From Cetorhinus maximus (Eukaryota), in NCBI RefSeq assembly GCF_964194155.1, contig NC_135888.1, positions 99,820,001 to 99,884,000 of the forward strand: a DNA stretch of 64,000 nucleotides, in the 5' to 3' direction. Of the stretch, positions 63,421 to 64,000 are shown piece by piece. Position 1 is the first letter of the stretch; every line of letters begins with the position of its first letter. The position numbers were made by a program, and so were the translations under genes. The notes below the pieces were generated by a model, which saw only the letters and a list, made by a program, of their open reading frames with translations, did no database searches and was not told where the DNA came from.

Positions 63421-64000
63421 TGCACAGCCTGGGCACGGGTATTAATCACTTGTACTTAATATTCACTATTGTAAATAAACTCCCAAGAATGTCTCCTTGT
63501 TATGATGAACAGTTTTCGTATCTCGCAGATGTGAATCCTTTCTGCACAAGATAAAGGCAGGTGTCTCAGTCCAGGGTTTTTTCCCTGTGCAGTGTGTAAC
63601 CTTCAGACCAAAGTGATGGTCTGGCTTCACACTCACTGGACACACTAGTGATGCCTGCACCTCGATTGGTGCTCAACTTTGCTGCTCGTGGGCAGGCGTC
63701 ACAGAGTTCCATCATTCTCTCTGTGTGCTGTCAGCATCTTTGAGCTCAGGCTGGCCCCCCTCATCTCTTCAGCATCTGTGACCACTGACAGTGTGCTCCT
63801 GAAGGGGTCAGATGCTGAAGGCTGACAAAGGATCAGGTGCATTTAAAGTTTCATGGCTGCATCTTCATGATATGACCCTGATCACAGACCGCCCTCGTGA
63901 GATGCCCTCAGTCAGACAGGAGTCAGACATTCACAGAGGCAATGTGAAGATCTATGGAGTTTCCTCACTGCATGTTGTCATCATCCTCCTGGAATCTAGA

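Larger units (their letters stand above)
58940..64000 (+). mobile_element. Harbinger element F (runs off the window), interrupted by CR1 plus Vingi
   Basis: Left TIR GGGCGGAATCGT; subterminal sequence stops at ~59010 and resumes at ~61482; colinear with element B to the window end. Confidence 0.9.

Noticed and set aside
1-64000. CRISPR arrays, rRNA, prokaryotic systems
   Set aside because: No regularly spaced repeat-spacer structure or rRNA-like sequence; the content is vertebrate intronic and intergenic DNA

Overview
Vertebrate genomic DNA. The repeat landscape (CR1 LINEs, tRNA-head SINEs, Penelope fragments) and the receptor sequence point to a cartilaginous fish, probably a shark; this is an inference. 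There is one clear host gene: an intact, single-coding-exon neuropeptide Y receptor of the Y1 subfamily, most like NPY6R (7753-8886, minus). A splice acceptor at 9018 and a candidate TATA/CCAAT promoter plus non-coding exon near 40.6-41.0 kb would imply a ~31.5 kb intron. Most of the rest is nested transposon debris. It includes at least seven PIF/Harbinger elements or remnants (spliced Myb/SANT gene on +, DDE transposase on -), their MITEs, CR1 and CR1/L2-group LINEs, a Vingi-like LINE nested in a CR1 nested in a Harbinger, and solo LTRs. It also holds a Penelope GIY-YIG fragment and a family of short Penelope-derived repeats with minimal hammerhead-ribozyme motifs, two of them with clean 14-15 bp target-site duplications. 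Non-TE oddities are a 458-bp near-perfect palindrome downstream of the receptor, an overlapping uORF at its start, and an orphan 54-nt Arg-rich exon-like segment on the opposite strand. I see no CRISPR, rRNA or true tRNA genes. Coordinates and family names were assigned by eye, so boundaries of degenerate elements are approximate.
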